Assembly (NCBI GenBank): GCA_017551905.1
Contig: JAFZKK010000149.1
Location: 9 to 64,008, forward strand
Source of the DNA: Salinivirgaceae bacterium
Lineage (GTDB): Bacteria; Bacteroidota; Bacteroidia; Bacteroidales; SZUA-534
Length of the DNA stretch: 64,000 nt
Direction of reading: 5' to 3'
Each line of letters starts with the position of its first letter. The first letter of the stretch is position 1. Below are positions 63,159 to 64,000 of the stretch, one piece after another. The translations under genes and the position numbers were made by a program. The notes beneath the pieces were generated by a model. That model made no database searches, had not been told where the DNA came from, and saw only the letters and a program-made list of their open reading frames with translations.

Positions 63159-63792
63159 AACTGTTTGTATATATTCTCAAGAGAGGGACGGTTCTACGGA
63201 TTTCCTAAAACCTCTATATGACCATATTTGTACGACGCTCTCTGCAGATGGCGTTGGCTATGATGCGGATAGTGAAGAGGATACTATTTCCAGAATATAT
63301 GATGCCACTAAGGATGCAGATACAATTATTTTCTTAGGGCATGGTAATAGCAAGGGGCTATATGCATGTGTTCAGGATAATTTTGAATTATTCAATCAGA
63401 AGAATGTTGCTATGTTGACTGATAAGTCATTGTTCCTACTTGCGTGTAGATCATCTGATTTTATAAAAAGATTCTCCTTAACTAATGCTATCGGCTTTGG
63501 GCATTTACCTACAAGTAATGAAGATGCTAAACATTGGAATAATGAGCATAGTATCGCATTGAATGATTTTTCTAAAGATGATATTAAACTTTACGATAAC
63601 GCAATAGTAAGTATCCTCTACAATGCGATAGCCCCCGAAACAATATCAAATTCCAATCTGCTATATAATAGGATTAAGTTACAAGCGAGTATGGAAATTG
63701 TCAAGTGTCTTATTCTGCACAAAGATAACCCGCATTACCGGAAGATAGCCGATTTGTTATTCTATTTGCAGAAAGATATACGGATACAATAA
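63151..63792 (+). CDS. hypothetical protein with caspase/CHAT-like His...Cys dyad pattern
   Basis: A hydrophobic strand plus GHG (TIIFLGHGNSKG, His64 at 63340-63342). About 35 residues later, a hydrophobic strand plus AC (SLFLLACRSS, Cys99 at 63445-63447). It overlaps the upstream gene by 8 nt. The function is inferred only from this pattern. Confidence 0.35.
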   Translation: MSKTVCIYSQERDGSTDFLKPLYDHICTTLSADGVGYDADSEEDTISRIYDATKDADTIIFLGHGNSKGLYACVQDNFELFNQKNVAMLTDKSLFLLACRSSDFIKRFSLTNAIGFGHLPTSNEDAKHWNNEHSIALNDFSKDDIKLYDNAIVSILYNAIAPETISNSNLLYNRIKLQASMEIVKCLILHKDNPHYRKIADLLFYLQKDIRIQ

Positions 63793-63821
63793 TCAAGAAC
63801 AGTTTTTTAACAAACTATGTA

Positions 63822-64000
63822 ATGAGGAAAAAAGCCGTAACTATTATGCCCAAGAAAAAATATACATTCATAGACCTATTTGCAGGAGCTGGCGGGCTTT
63901 CTGAAGGTTTTATTAGAGCAGGATTTGAACCTGTAGCGCACATTGAAATGAACAAGTATGCGTGTGACACTCTTCGCTCAAGGATGAAACACTATGGCTA
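63822..64000 (+). CDS. dcm: second DNA (cytosine-5)-methyltransferase, N-terminal fragment (continues past window end)
   Basis: Motif I is FIDLFAGAGGLSEGF. The start is either ATG 63822 or ATG 63846. The ORF is open at the window edge. Confidence 0.85.
   Translation, partial: MRKKAVTIMPKKKYTFIDLFAGAGGLSEGFIRAGFEPVAHIEMNKYACDTLRSRMKHYG

Larger units (their letters stand above)
56800..64000 (+). other. AT-rich accessory (defence-type) gene block, continuing past the window end
   Basis: Base composition drops visibly relative to the glgB/amylase region. There are seven co-directional genes. The first six are joined by overlapping or near-abutting stop/start codons, and the seventh follows after 29 nt. 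The content is ATPase, TOPRIM-like, methyltransferase and GHKL genes. No integrase, tRNA or flanking repeat is visible in the window. Confidence 0.7.

Noticed and set aside
56517-64000. Calling the AT-rich block a mobile element (integrative element, prophage or transposon).
   Set aside because: No integrase, transposase, relaxase or tRNA target is visible, and no terminal repeats are visible either. Only the left boundary lies in the window. The only support is the compositional shift, so it is reported as an accessory block.
1-64000. Scan for rRNA, tRNA, tmRNA, CRISPR arrays and IS elements.
   Set aside because: No intergenic region is long enough or shows cloverleaf-like or repeat-spacer structure, and no transposase-like ORF is present. 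A by-eye scan cannot exclude small RNAs.

Overview
The window looks like a chromosomal segment of a Bacteroidota genome, probably Bacteroidales. The evidence is gene content: CarboxypepD_reg-type TonB-dependent receptors, a LytS/LytTR pair, PD40/OmpA proteins, and TAnnTTTG -7 boxes 20-30 nt upstream of start codons. Most of it is mid-GC housekeeping and envelope DNA. This includes trxB, malQ, glgB, a GH13 amylase, fmt, ftsE, xseB, trkHA, dsbD, a lipid A acyltransferase, an alcohol dehydrogenase and several sensor kinases. No rRNA, tRNA, CRISPR array, integrase or transposase was seen.

Two accessory patches stand out.

1. 2.9-8.4 kb holds an AAA ATPase, an MmeI-like type IIG restriction-modification enzyme and a DUF1016/YhcG nuclease. 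The central ~1 kb of the R-M gene (part of the methyltransferase domain plus the target-recognition region) is visibly AT-rich against GC-rich flanks. A relic of an earlier DUF1016 gene sits beside the intact one.

2. From about 56.8 kb to the window end there is an AT-rich block of at least seven + strand genes. The first six are joined by overlapping or near-abutting stop/start codons. They encode a PARIS-like ABC ATPase and TOPRIM-like protein, an m5C methyltransferase, an 849-aa protein with two GHKL ATPase modules (MORC/Hsp90-like at the N-terminus, histidine-kinase-like at the C-terminus), a receiver-like protein, and a small protein with a caspase/CHAT-like His...Cys pattern. A second m5C methyltransferase follows and is cut by the window edge. 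I do not recognise this methyltransferase, dual-GHKL, receiver-like and His/Cys combination as a named system, and it is my top candidate for a new defence system.

Other observations worth a second look:
- a tight minus-strand operon (32.5-40.4 kb) resembling YfiBNR, with a hybrid histidine kinase in place of the cyclase, running on through a STAS protein into an AmgK-like kinase fused to a RapZ C-terminal domain, then MurU
- a LytS paralog lacking the catalytic His, N-box and G2-box
- a (CACTRA)n hexanucleotide microsatellite present once as non-coding DNA and once as the C-terminal tail of a kinase
- a 30-nt intergenic element present upstream of both dsbD and fmt

All calls come from reading the supplied translations and sequence. 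No searches or computations were run.
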